64,000 bases of DNA from an uncultured bacterium (lineage in GTDB: Bacteria; Oederibacteriota; PGYV01; CAWJRG01): positions 352,001-416,000 of the forward strand of contig CAWJRG010000010.1 in the NCBI GenBank assembly GCA_963845185.1, read 5' to 3'. Below are positions 39,570-49,640 of this stretch, piece by piece (positions within the stretch are counted from its first letter, which is position 1; the number at the start of each line of letters is the position of its first letter). A model generated the notes under the pieces. The model did no database searches. It had not been told where the DNA came from and worked only from the letters and a program-made list of their open reading frames with translations. The translations under genes were made by a program, and so were the position numbers.

Positions 39570-40550
39570 TTAATAAGTACGGGCAAAACGGAATCCGTAA
39601 TCTAACATCGCATAATACGGGTTTTCAATGCCGCGGTTGCCCACCGGCATTACAGCCGCGCTATTGTCAAAACAGCCACCCCTTGCCACCCGGATGTCTG
39701 TAAGTGCGGCTCCTCTATAATCAGTGGATGTGCCGGGATAATTTCCAAAACAGTCCCAGCACCATTCATAAACATTTCCTGACATATCATAAATGCCAAG
39801 CGCGTTCGGTTTTTTGCTGCCTACGTCATGCGTAGCAGACCCTGAATCCTCGCTGCACCATCCTACAAGCTCCGTTGCCGTTAAATCGGTATAATCATCA
39901 GTCGCGCCGCTGGCATAATCATACGGCGTCCAGCTTGACCCGTCTATGTAGCTTGCCGCACACTGATATTCGCCTTCTGTAGGCAGCCTGTATCCGTTCG
40001 CGCTCCAATTCACAAACGGGTTATCATAACTCCCTGCTGTTGTATTTATGCTGGCTCCATATGCCCCGTCTGTAGAATCCTCGATGGGCGTGGTAAAACC
40101 AGCTTCAGAATAATACACAGGCGTCAGCCCTGTTTTCAGACTGTACGCGTTGCACCAGACTATAGTATCCCGCCAGTTCACCATTATTACAGGCTGAAAT
40201 TTTGCTGCTGTCGGCGCTGCTCCGTCTGTCCCGCTGCTGCCCTCCCTGCCTGCATTTTGAAAAGTAAAACCGTTGTTGATGGCCCATTGATAAACCGTGT
40301 ACCACAACTCATATGTCACCTGGTACTTACCGATTTTAAAAGCAGAAATTGTATGGGTGAAGCCGTTTGTCCCGTCAGTTTGGTAAAATGTGCCGCCTGG
40401 AACCGATACAAGCGCTGAAGAATCAATCGTAGGTACAGGAGTCGCAGCCGGGGTTGTAGGCGATGAATTCTTTTTACTGCTGCAGCCTGTTATAATACTG
40501 AATAAAACAACAAATGCAATTAAAACAAAAAACAATACTGATTTTTTCAT
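39570..40550 (-). CDS. Lipoprotein with FGE-sulfatase/SUMF1 domain
   Basis: TGC lipobox; GYRLPTEGE, PNALGIYDMSGNVYEWC, RGG, GFR. Confidence 0.88.
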   Translation of the reverse strand: MKKSVLFFVLIAFVVLFSIITGCSSKKNSSPTTPAATPVPTIDSSALVSVPGGTFYQTDGTNGFTHTISAFKIGKYQVTYELWYTVYQWAINNGFTFQNAGREGSSGTDGAAPTAAKFQPVIMVNWRDTIVWCNAYSLKTGLTPVYYSEAGFTTPIEDSTDGAYGASINTTAGSYDNPFVNWSANGYRLPTEGEYQCAASYIDGSSWTPYDYASGATDDYTDLTATELVGWCSEDSGSATHDVGSKKPNALGIYDMSGNVYEWCWDCFGNYPGTSTDYRGAALTDIRVARGGCFDNSAAVMPVGNRGIENPYYAMLDYGFRFARTY

Positions 40551-40632
40551 CTGAAGCCTCCAGTTTTTACATTCGGTATTTGGTATTTTGGATTCAAATT
40601 CATGAATGCTGAATGCCAAATTGTTTTAAAAC

Positions 40633-41865
40633 CTACTGCGCCCACCACACGTCATTATAATAAACAGCGCCATTATCCCAGCCGGCTATTACCCACATAA
40701 CATTGTTGTAAACAACACTTGTATGATAGGTTCTTACGGCAAATCCTGCCGCTGACGTTGCTTCTATCCATGTTATTCCGTCGCTTGAGTTCCATATATC
40801 GTTCAAGAAACCACATGCTCCTGCCCCGCCTATCACCCAAATTAAGTTATTATATACCACGCTCGTATGGCCGTATCTCGCGCAAAATGCCGCGCCTGTT
40901 GTTGCAGGTGCCCAGTTTTTGCCGTCGGTTGAGCTCCAAACATCATTGTACCAGGCGCTGCCGTCTACACCGCCTATTACCCACATTTCATTTTTGAATA
41001 CAACGCCGGAAAGATTCTGCCTGGCGTTGAAAGAAGCCGCTGTTGTGGTGCATCCCCAGTTTTTACCATCGCTTGAATACCACGCGTCATTTAAAAAACT
41101 GCTCCCATAACCGCCTATCACCCACATTTCATTGTTGAACACAACGCTGGTATGGTATGTCCTTGGTGTAAATGCGCCTGCGGTCGTGGTGCATCCCCAA
41201 TTCACGCCGTTGCTGGAATACCAGACATCGCTGTGTACGCCGCTCCATGCACCGCCTATTACCCACATTAAATTATTGTATACCACACTTGTATGTCCGT
41301 ACCTTACGCTGAATGCAGCGGATGCATTTGCTTCGTACCATGTAGTACCATTGCTGGAATACCATATGTCGTTGTAGTATTTACTGGCATCCATTCCGCC
41401 TATAACCCACATTTCATTGTTATATACCACGCTGGTATGGTTGCCCCTTGCGTTGAATCCTGGCGCCGCTGTCGATAACGCCCACATGCTGCCGGATACA
41501 GGAGTGTATGTAATCGTAGCTGTTACTGTAACCGTGGGTGATATTGCCGGAGTAGAGGAAATAGTAAAAGTTGGCGTCCTTATCGTAGCTGTTGCTGTAA
41601 TCGTGGGCGATATTGCCGGAGTAGAGGAAATAGTAAAAGTTGGCGTCCTTGTGGATGTCTTGGACCAATTCGGAGTGCCTGTAAACATTGCAGCCGTGGC
41701 TGTCTGGTGCAGTACAGCGTTTGTTGCGCTGGCAGCTGCAGTTTGTGTCATATTAGGCGTGTCTGTCGCCTGCGGTGCAACAGGGTTGCTTTTCTTCTTT
41801 GAGCAGGAATTGGAAAGGATTGCCAATAATAGAATTGCAATTGCGATTATCACGAGCTTTTTCAT
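40633..41865 (-). CDS. Lipoprotein, Thr-rich stalk + Kelch-like propeller
   Basis: SNSC lipobox; six R..HTSVV(Y/F)..MWVIGG..NDVW repeats. Confidence 0.88.
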   Translation of the reverse strand: MKKLVIIAIAILLLAILSNSCSKKKSNPVAPQATDTPNMTQTAAASATNAVLHQTATAAMFTGTPNWSKTSTRTPTFTISSTPAISPTITATATIRTPTFTISSTPAISPTVTVTATITYTPVSGSMWALSTAAPGFNARGNHTSVVYNNEMWVIGGMDASKYYNDIWYSSNGTTWYEANASAAFSVRYGHTSVVYNNLMWVIGGAWSGVHSDVWYSSNGVNWGCTTTAGAFTPRTYHTSVVFNNEMWVIGGYGSSFLNDAWYSSDGKNWGCTTTAASFNARQNLSGVVFKNEMWVIGGVDGSAWYNDVWSSTDGKNWAPATTGAAFCARYGHTSVVYNNLIWVIGGAGACGFLNDIWNSSDGITWIEATSAAGFAVRTYHTSVVYNNVMWVIAGWDNGAVYYNDVWWAQ

Positions 41866-41955
41866 GATTAATGCCTCCCTTTTTAATATTTTCATATATT
41901 TTATCATTTATCCTGCTTCTGTCAAACAAAAAAGCCCGGAGGTCATCCGGGCCTT
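41866..41955 (-). repeat. Conserved unit leader: terminator + TTGACA-N16-TAAAAT promoter + RBS (copy 1 of 6)
   Basis: GCCCGG..CCGGGCTTTTTTGTTTGACAGAA..GATAAATGATAAAATATATGAAAATATTAAAA-GGGAGGCATTAATC-ATG. Confidence 0.85.
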
Positions 41956-42014
41956 TTATAATTCCTTAATCAACTATCCACTTTCACCTGCTCAACTTTC
42001 CCGCGCATCGCGCG

Positions 42015-43472
42015 CTACTGGCTCCACCACGAATCTGTCGGAAAAACATCGTAACTGCCCCATCCGTTCACTATCCACATTGCGTTGTTAAACACAACGC
42101 AGCTTGCGCCTGCCCTCGCGCTGAAAGCAGCGCCGGAAGTCGCCTGCGTCCAGTTAAACCCGTTGTCCGAGTACCATACGTCATTGGTGCTGTTGTTCCC
42201 GGCTATTGCCAGCGTCTGGCCGGCAATGACCCATATCTTATTGTTATATACCACGCATGCGGCCAGAAACCTAGGCGTAAAGCCGGCGTTCCCCGTAGCG
42301 CCTGCCCAGTTTGCTCCGTCCGTGGACCACCAGACGTCGTTATAGAATATATTTTCTATGTTGTTGTATCCGCCGGTCAGCCACATGGACCCGTTAAATG
42401 CCACGCATGAAGGCCCTGCCCTTTTAATGAAAGGGGCCTCCGCTGTTGCCTCCTGCCAGTTTGCTCCGTCAGATGAATACCAGACGTCGTTAAAATAGCC
42501 AACGCTGTCGCCTCCTGCTATCAACCACATTTTATTGTCATATACCACGCTGGCATGATAGCCCCTTAAGCCAAACGCCGCAGATGCGGTTGCCTCCTGC
42601 CAGTTTGCGCCGTCGTTTGAATACCATACGTCATTACAATAGCCTCCATAAATATTGCCTCCAATTACCCACATTTCGTTATTGAATACTACGCTGGAAT
42701 GATAGGCTCTGCCGCTAAACCCGGCGCCTGCCGTTGCCTGCGTCCAGTTTGCGCCGTTGTTCGAATACCAGACATCGTTGTATAAATAGCGTGTTCCGGA
42801 AAGATAATATACCCCTCCTATGAGCCACATATTATTATTGTAAACCAGGCTCGTATATTCTCCCCTTCCGCTTATTCCTGTAGTGCCGGTTGCTTGCGTC
42901 CATACGCTGCCGGGCACAGGAGTAATAGTCGGGGTGTATGTCGGGGTTGAAGTGCTTGTCCACAAAGCAGCCGCGGCTGTCTGCTGTTGCGCAACTATTG
43001 TCGCTATTGCCGCAGCAGTCTGTGTCGCATTTGGCGTTTGGGTATCTGTATATTCCGGCGTGACAGTAAACGTGCTCGTCGGGCTGTATCCTGCCGCTGC
43101 CGCTGTCTGCTGTGCCGCTATGCTCGTGGCTATCGCAGCTGATGTCTGCGTGGCATTTGGCGTAAGAGTATCAGTAAACGTGCTTGTCGGGCTAAAGCCC
43201 GCGGCTGCGGCTGTCTGCTGGGCAGCTATGATAGTTTCTATAGCCGCTATTGTCTGGCTTGCATTTGGAGTTGCCGTTATTGTCGGCGTGTTCGTAGGCG
43301 AGTAAAGTTTAATCGCCATTGTCTGCGTGGCGTTCGCGTTTGCCGTCGCCGCCAGTATCGCGCCAACTGTGCCCTGCACGTCCGGCGTGGATGGAGTTTT
43401 TGTTTTTGAGCAGGAATTGGAAAGGATTATGAATGATAAAATTGCGATTGCGGTTATCAAGGTTTTTTTCAT
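42015..43472 (-). CDS. Lipoprotein, T/A/Q stalk + Kelch-like propeller
   Basis: SNSCSKTKTPSTPDV, PNATQTAAAI repeats, NDVWYS repeats. Confidence 0.88.
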   Translation of the reverse strand: MKKTLITAIAILSFIILSNSCSKTKTPSTPDVQGTVGAILAATANANATQTMAIKLYSPTNTPTITATPNASQTIAAIETIIAAQQTAAAAGFSPTSTFTDTLTPNATQTSAAIATSIAAQQTAAAAGYSPTSTFTVTPEYTDTQTPNATQTAAAIATIVAQQQTAAAALWTSTSTPTYTPTITPVPGSVWTQATGTTGISGRGEYTSLVYNNNMWLIGGVYYLSGTRYLYNDVWYSNNGANWTQATAGAGFSGRAYHSSVVFNNEMWVIGGNIYGGYCNDVWYSNDGANWQEATASAAFGLRGYHASVVYDNKMWLIAGGDSVGYFNDVWYSSDGANWQEATAEAPFIKRAGPSCVAFNGSMWLTGGYNNIENIFYNDVWWSTDGANWAGATGNAGFTPRFLAACVVYNNKIWVIAGQTLAIAGNNSTNDVWYSDNGFNWTQATSGAAFSARAGASCVVFNNAMWIVNGWGSYDVFPTDSWWSQ

Positions 43473-43562
43473 GATTAATGCCTCCAGTTTGATATTTTTA
43501 TATATTTTATCATTTACCCCGCTTCTGTCAAACAAAAAAGCCCGGAGTTTCGCCTCGGGCCT
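43473..43562 (-). repeat. Conserved unit leader (copy 2)
   Basis: As 41866-41955. Confidence 0.85.
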
Positions 43563-43612
43563 GTATTCTTTAATTGAGCTTTGAACTTTGAACCTTGAGC
43601 TTGGCAGTCAAC

Positions 43613-44179
43613 TTACGGGTGGAATTTTTCGACTCTGTAATTCCCGCTGTCCACTACATACACGTTCCCGCTGCTGTCTACTGCTACTCCATAAGGACTG
43701 TTAAACTGGCCATTGCCGGTCCCGTAACTGCCCCATTGCGAAATATACACGCCTGTATTGCTGAATTTTTCTATCCTGTTGTTGCCTTGATCTACAACAA
43801 ACACATTTCCATTGCTGTCCACTGCTATCCCCTTTGGCCCGTTAAACTGCCCGTTGCCGCTTCCCTGAGTGCCCCACACGGTTACAAACATCGCGGTCAT
43901 GGTAGCTGTTGCGTTTGCGTTGGCTACCATGGTGCATATTGCCTGGGCCGTCTGTGTAGCGTTCGGCTAGGCAGTTGACGTTGCCGTGACTGTCGGCGTG
44001 TGCGCGGCCACGGTCTGCGTCTCCTGCGCCGCCATCTGCGTGTCCACCGCCTCCACCGTCGCCTGCACGTTCTGCGTGGGCTGGGGCGTCGGTGCCGCAG
44101 GGTTGCTTGTCTTGCTGCAGCCTGCCAATGCCAAAATAACCGCCAAAACCACAGCCATGCACATTAATATTTTTTTCAT
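43613..44179 (-). pseudogene. NHL-repeat lipoprotein interrupted by an in-frame TAG at 43967-43969
   Basis: LAGC lipobox; ...TATSTA*PNATQT continues in frame into NHL repeats (GQFNGPKGIAVDS). Confidence 0.8.
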
Positions 44180-44252
44180 TATGTTCTCCATTTATTTTTA
44201 GCTTTGGCTGAATGCCGAATGCCAAATTCCGAATCCAAAATGTTATTTAAGC

Positions 44253-46106
44253 CTATGGTTTAAATTTTTGGATTATGCCACGATATCGATCCGACACATA
44301 AACATCCCCGTTGTTGTCTGTTGCCATATAAGCGGGGTTGAGAAAATATCCATTCCCGGATCCTCCATAACCGCCCCATGAAGTTATAAACCCTCCGGAT
44401 GACGTATATTCCTCGATTCTAACCGGCCCATTTCCCACTCCGTTATTATTCAGCACATACACAGTTCCGCTGCTATCTACAGTTATTCCATAATCCGACA
44501 CGTTTTCAAAACCATCGCCCCATGAAGTTATAAACCCCCCCGATGATGTAAATTTCTGGATTCTTTCATTATTAGAATCCGCGACATACACATCACCTGC
44601 GCTGTCTATAGCTATCCCAACTGGCCACGAAAACTGTCCGTTATCGGTTCCGGCGCTTCCCCATGATGTTATGAATGTTCCGGATGATGTGAATTCCTCT
44701 ATCCTGTTATTACCCATATCCGTGGCATATACGTTACCGCTACTCATATTTACAGCTATTCCAATATAATAATCGAATCCATTTCCCCAGACAGTATCAG
44801 AAGGCCAAAAATTCCCGTCTCCGAATCCTTGACCTCCCCATGCAGTTATGTATTGACCTGCGGTTGTAAATTTCACTATTAACCCAGTGTCGATATTCCC
44901 GACGTATACATTACCGGCGTTGTCCAGAGCTAAGCCGGTGGACATTCCCATGCTCGGCCAACTGTTTATAGCTGCTCCCGATGAAGTGAATTCCTGTATT
45001 GTGCCATTTTGCGAGGCAGCAAACACATTTCCGCCGTTGTCAACTGCCAGTCCCTGCGCGCTGTCGAAACTCCATTGTGTCTGGAACATCGCCGTCATTG
45101 TCGCTGTTTGCTGCACCGCGGCAGTGGCTGCCGCCGCCGCTGCCGTCTGCTGTGCTGCGGCTGTCGCTATCTGCTGCGCCGCGGCAGTTGCCGAACAAAT
45201 TGCCACCGCCGTTTCCGTACCCTGTATCTGCGCTGTTTGCGTGGCATATACCTGTGCCGTTGATGTTGCCTGCACCTGCGCTATTTCTGTCGCGAGCGCT
45301 TGAATTGCCTGCGCTGTTGCAGTAGCTATTGCATTAGCGTCAGGGGTTGGAGTATTTGTGATAGTCGGCGTATTAGTCGCAGTGCTTGTGCTTGTCCAAC
45401 CCGCCGCCGCTGCTGTCTGCTGCTGCGCCACTATCGTAGCTATTGCTGCTGCTGTCTCTGTGGCGTTCGGTGTGAGCGTGTATGTGTCAGTCGGCACCGT
45501 AGTATAGGTATTCGTAGCGCTGTAGCCTGCCGCTACTGCCGTCTGCTGCTGCGCTATCATTGTCAGTATGGCCGCCGCTGTCTGCGTCGCGTTTGGCGTC
45601 ATTGTATTTGTAAAAGTGCTTGTTGCTGTATATCCTGCCGCTGCCGCTGTCTGCTGCTGCGCAACTGCCGTAAAAATCGCTGCCATTGTCTGAGTCGCAT
45701 TCGGCGTAAGAGTATCAGTAAACGTGCTTGTAGGGCTGTATCCCGCGGCAGCCGCTGTCTCTTGCTGCGCTATTATAGTAAGTATAGCTGCCTGCGTAAG
45801 CGCCACATTCGGCGTGCTGGTGGCAGTATACCCTGCCGAAATAGCTGTCTGTTGCTGGGCAATCATGGTAAGTACTGCCGCTTCTGTCTGGGCAATGTTC
45901 GGTGTCGCGCTGATTGTCGGAGTTGATGTTGGCGAATACAATTTTATGATTTCAGTCTGAGTGGCGTTTGCGTTTGCCGCTGCTGTCAGCGCCGCGTTCA
46001 CCGTGGCTGCCACGTCCGGCGTAGACGGGGTTTTTGTTTTCGAGCAGGAATTGGAAAGGATTGTGAGTAGTAAGATTGTGACTGCGATTATCCCAAACTT
46101 TTTCAT
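44253..46106 (-). CDS. Lipoprotein, long T/A/Q stalk + NHL propeller
   Basis: SNSC lipobox; AQQQTAAAAG repeats; GIAIDS.G.VYV repeats. Confidence 0.88.
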   Translation of the reverse strand: MKKFGIIAVTILLLTILSNSCSKTKTPSTPDVAATVNAALTAAANANATQTEIIKLYSPTSTPTISATPNIAQTEAAVLTMIAQQQTAISAGYTATSTPNVALTQAAILTIIAQQETAAAAGYSPTSTFTDTLTPNATQTMAAIFTAVAQQQTAAAAGYTATSTFTNTMTPNATQTAAAILTMIAQQQTAVAAGYSATNTYTTVPTDTYTLTPNATETAAAIATIVAQQQTAAAAGWTSTSTATNTPTITNTPTPDANAIATATAQAIQALATEIAQVQATSTAQVYATQTAQIQGTETAVAICSATAAAQQIATAAAQQTAAAAAATAAVQQTATMTAMFQTQWSFDSAQGLAVDNGGNVFAASQNGTIQEFTSSGAAINSWPSMGMSTGLALDNAGNVYVGNIDTGLIVKFTTAGQYITAWGGQGFGDGNFWPSDTVWGNGFDYYIGIAVNMSSGNVYATDMGNNRIEEFTSSGTFITSWGSAGTDNGQFSWPVGIAIDSAGDVYVADSNNERIQKFTSSGGFITSWGDGFENVSDYGITVDSSGTVYVLNNNGVGNGPVRIEEYTSSGGFITSWGGYGGSGNGYFLNPAYMATDNNGDVYVSDRYRGIIQKFKP

Positions 46107-46196
46107 GATTAATGCCTCCCTTTTAATATTTTCATATATTTTATCATTTATCCCGTTTCTGTCAAACAAAAAAGCCCGGAGCTTTCGCCCGGGCCC
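46107..46196 (-). repeat. Conserved unit leader (copy 3)
   Basis: As 41866-41955. Confidence 0.85.
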
Positions 46197-46289
46197 GTTG
46201 CTGTTTTTATTTGGATTTTGAATCAAAAATTCCTAGTTATCAATCGCCAATTTTCAATGAAAAACAATTCAGAAAAACAGGTTCAGCTA

Positions 46290-47588
46290 TTATTGGACAG
46301 AAATCGAAAATGCCATTGTGCTGTGTGTGCCGTCGCCGACAAGGTCGGTCCTGGTTGCCCCTGTCCAAAAGCATCCGGTATATAACACTGCGGAACTTGA
46401 AACATAATATCCGGCTATATAGGGCGTGCCTCCTGAGACAAATATCGAAGTTGCCTGACTTCCATATTGGCCCGCGCCTGCGCCTACAGTCAGGTGGTAC
46501 TTTACATTTCCTGCCCAGTAACACGGGGTATAAGGCATTATGTCATATCCTGCGGCATATACCGAGCCATCCTGTGTGACATATATTGATTTTACCCATC
46601 CTGCGGTTAAATCCATAGGAGTAAGCCATATACAATTGGCATTCATCCAGTAACACGGGGATTGCGTGCCGCCGGTGTTTAAATCACCGCCAACATACAC
46701 TGTCCCGTTTGATACAACTACAGAAGATGCTTCAGCACCATTCGGGCTGGTTTGAGGGAGAGCGCCCAGCGCATTTCCATTCCATACGCAGGGCACGTAG
46801 TTTGTACCGTCATAATAATAACCCGCTGTATATATCGTGCCATTCGCTTCATATATCGAGTTCGCGTATCCGTTTACGCTGTTGCAGTAAAGGTCGGTTT
46901 TTACGCCTCCTGCCCAGTAGCATGGCACGTTAATGGTGCCGTTGCTGTAACCTCCGGCTGCGTATACCGTTCCATTATCGGCAAAAATCGAATTGGCGTA
47001 GCCTCCGCCGCTAAGGTCGGTCCTGATGCCGTTTGCCCAGTAGCATGCGCCGTTAACCAAGCCTCCGCCTATATACATTACACCGCCGGATATGTATATT
47101 GAAGATGCTGACCCTGCGTTGACCCCGCCGTCAAGGTCGGTCTTTACTGTCCCTGTCCAGTAACACGGGATACTTTTTGTGCCGTTATCATAATTTCCGC
47201 ACGTATATACGATGGGTGTTGCGGTCGGCGTCGCTGTAGAGGACACAATTGCCGTCAATGTCGCGCTTGGCTGAATTGCCGTAATTGTTTGTGTTATTAA
47301 AGCTGTTATTGTCGTGGTTGCAGATGCTGTAAACGGGATTTGCAGGGTATTTGTTTCAGTGAATGTAACACCGAAATTCATTGTTGCGGTTTGCGTCTGT
47401 GTTTTTGGCACGTGCGTATTTGTTGATGTCGGAGTCGCAGCGGGAATGGACGGAGTTTTTGTCAGTGTGCTTATAATTTGTGCAGTATTAGTCGCCGCAG
47501 GCGGCGTCGGCGAAGGCATTTTTTTGCATCCAATGGCGATTATTATCCCGGTTAAAAGTATAAGTGCCGGAATCAGGATTTTTTTCAT
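46290..47588 (-). CDS. Lipoprotein, Thr-rich stalk + repeat beta-propeller-like domain
   Basis: IGC lipobox; PCYW..G..TDL / A.SI.V..G.VY repeats. Confidence 0.8.
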   Translation of the reverse strand: MKKILIPALILLTGIIIAIGCKKMPSPTPPAATNTAQIISTLTKTPSIPAATPTSTNTHVPKTQTQTATMNFGVTFTETNTLQIPFTASATTTITALITQTITAIQPSATLTAIVSSTATPTATPIVYTCGNYDNGTKSIPCYWTGTVKTDLDGGVNAGSASSIYISGGVMYIGGGLVNGACYWANGIRTDLSGGGYANSIFADNGTVYAAGGYSNGTINVPCYWAGGVKTDLYCNSVNGYANSIYEANGTIYTAGYYYDGTNYVPCVWNGNALGALPQTSPNGAEASSVVVSNGTVYVGGDLNTGGTQSPCYWMNANCIWLTPMDLTAGWVKSIYVTQDGSVYAAGYDIMPYTPCYWAGNVKYHLTVGAGAGQYGSQATSIFVSGGTPYIAGYYVSSSAVLYTGCFWTGATRTDLVGDGTHSTMAFSISVQ

Positions 47589-47624
47589 GATTTAACCTCC
47601 CTTTATTTATTTCGTTCTATAGCA

Positions 47625-47653
47625 ATTATACCCCCTTAAAACCGCCCTGTCAA
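47625..47653 (-). promoter_or_regulatory. sigma70 consensus promoter, duplicated at ~57612-57640
   Basis: TTGACA-GGGCGGTTTTAAGGGGG(17)-TATAAT. Confidence 0.7.
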
Positions 47654-47705
47654 GCAGGGTAAATCCCGCCAATTTTAAAGAGTACGGGGGGTATTATCAT
47701 TCGTT

Positions 47706-47790
47706 GTAGAGACGTTTTGCAAAACGTCTCTACGTTTAATCATAAATCCTCTTTTATTTAAAGTAGAGACACGCCATGGCGTGTCTCTAC
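47706..47790. repeat. Two GTAGAGAC-type REP palindromes
   Basis: gtagagacgttttgcaaaacgtctctac and gtagagacacgccatggcgtgtctctac. Confidence 0.8.
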
Positions 47791-47899
47791 TTATATCCCA
47801 TCCATATAAACAAAAAAGCCCGGAGTTTGACCCGGGCCTTTTATAATTCCTTAATCAACTATCCACTTTCATCTGTTCAACTTTCCCGCGCATCGCGCG

Positions 47900-49525
47900 T
47901 CACTGGCACTGCCTTATCTCTGTCCACGCATGAATGTCGGTTGTGGTCCCGTTGCCAAGCTGCCCGTAACCGTTATACCCTGTGGCCCACAGGCTGTCAT
48001 CGTCCTTTAACGCGAGACTATGATAATATCCGCATGATATTGTGCTCACTCCTGTCAGCAATTGCGTCCATGTGGTTAAATTCGTCGTGGTCCCATTGCC
48101 AAGCTGCCCGACACTATTATATCCCGTTGCCCACAAACTGCCGTCGCTCTTTAGCGCGATGCTATGCTCATCTCCGCATGCTATCGCGCTCACTCCTGTC
48201 AGCACCTGCGTCCATGTATGAATGTCGGTTGTGGTCCCGTTGCCAAGCTGCCCGACAGCGTTATTCCCTGTGACCCACAGGCTGCCGTCGCTCTTTAACG
48301 CGAGGCTATGCAAATATCCGCATGATATCGCGCTCACTCCTGTCAGCACCTGCGTCCATGCATGAATGTCGGCTGTGGTCCCGTTGCCAAGTTGACCGGT
48401 GACGTTCCACCCCGTGGCCCACAGGCTGCCGTCGCTCTTTAACGCGAGGCTATGGTAGAATCCGCCGGCTATCCCGCTAACTCCTGTCAGCACCTGTGTC
48501 CATGTGTTTAAATTCGTTGTGTTCCCGTTGCCAAGCTGCCCGTAGGGATTATACCCTGTGGCCCACAGGCTTCCGTCGTTCTTTAACGCAAGGCTATGAT
48601 TATATCCACATGATATCGCGCTCACTCCTGTTAAAACCTGCTCCCATGTATTTCTCTGGGTTGTGGTCCCGTCGCCAAGCTGACCGTCGATGTTATACCC
48701 GGTAACCCACAGGCTGCCGTCGCTCTTTAAAACTAAACTGTGCTGTGACCCTGCCGCTATGGCGCTCACTCCTGTCAGCACCTGCGTCCATGTGTTTAGA
48801 TTCGTTGTGGTCCCGTTGCCAAGCTGACCGTTAGTATTATATCCCGTTGCCCACAAACTGCCGCCGTCCTTTAACGCGAGGCTATTATATACTCCGCCAG
48901 TTATTGACAAAGCCTGGAAAGGCACGCATGTCTGCGTCGGCGTCGAAGTGTACGTGCCTGTCGCCGTGTATCCGGCAGCAGCCGCTGTCTGCTGCTGCGC
49001 AACTATTGTCGCTATTGCCGCCGCTGTCTGCGTCTGGTCCGGTGTATCTATATTAGTAGGTGTTGTTGTTATCGTAGGCGTTATTGTAAAAGTGCCTGTT
49101 GACGTGTACCCGCCCGCTGCTGCTGTCTGCTGCTGCGCAACTATTGTCGCTATTGCCGCCGCTGTCTGCGTAGCATTCGGCGTAAGTGTATTTGTATAAG
49201 TGCTTGTCGCGGTAAATAAATACGCAATATAAGTTTGCGTTATCGCGGCTATTTTCGTCTGCGTGGCGTTTGCCGCGCCTACTGCTGTGATTATTACGGC
49301 CACTGTCTGCGTCATATTCGGCGTCATAGTGCTTGTCGGCGTTACAGTGGGTGAATATAATTTTATCACCTGCGTCTGCGTGGCGTTTGCGTTTGCCTGC
49401 GTGGTCATTATAGCGCCGACTGTGCCCTGCACGTCAGGTGTGGACGGTGTTTTTGTCTTTGAACAGGAATTGGAAAGGATTGTGAGTAGTAAAATTGCGG
49501 TTGCGATTATCCCAAACTTTTTCAT
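47900..49525 (-). CDS. Lipoprotein, T/A/Q stalk + RCC1 repeats
   Basis: SNSC lipobox; about seven HSLALK.DGSLW.TG.N..GQLG repeats. Confidence 0.9.
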   Translation of the reverse strand: MKKFGIIATAILLLTILSNSCSKTKTPSTPDVQGTVGAIMTTQANANATQTQVIKLYSPTVTPTSTMTPNMTQTVAVIITAVGAANATQTKIAAITQTYIAYLFTATSTYTNTLTPNATQTAAAIATIVAQQQTAAAGGYTSTGTFTITPTITTTPTNIDTPDQTQTAAAIATIVAQQQTAAAAGYTATGTYTSTPTQTCVPFQALSITGGVYNSLALKDGGSLWATGYNTNGQLGNGTTTNLNTWTQVLTGVSAIAAGSQHSLVLKSDGSLWVTGYNIDGQLGDGTTTQRNTWEQVLTGVSAISCGYNHSLALKNDGSLWATGYNPYGQLGNGNTTNLNTWTQVLTGVSGIAGGFYHSLALKSDGSLWATGWNVTGQLGNGTTADIHAWTQVLTGVSAISCGYLHSLALKSDGSLWVTGNNAVGQLGNGTTTDIHTWTQVLTGVSAIACGDEHSIALKSDGSLWATGYNSVGQLGNGTTTNLTTWTQLLTGVSTISCGYYHSLALKDDDSLWATGYNGYGQLGNGTTTDIHAWTEIRQCQ

Positions 49526-49613
49526 GATTAATGCCTCCCTTTTAATATTTTCATATATTTTATCATTTATCCCGTTTCTGTCAAACAAAAAAGCCCGGAA
49601 CTTCCGTCCGGGC
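49526..49613 (-). repeat. Conserved unit leader (copy 4)
   Basis: As 41866-41955. Confidence 0.85.
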
Positions 49614-49640
49614 TTAGATAATATTTATAATTTGCTGTTA

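Noticed and set aside
40551..49588. Long N-terminal extensions of array ORFs (MFDRNGIND..., MIQNPN..., MAFSIH...)
   Set aside because: They read through the promoter/terminator leader; the RBS and signal peptide define the MKK starts.
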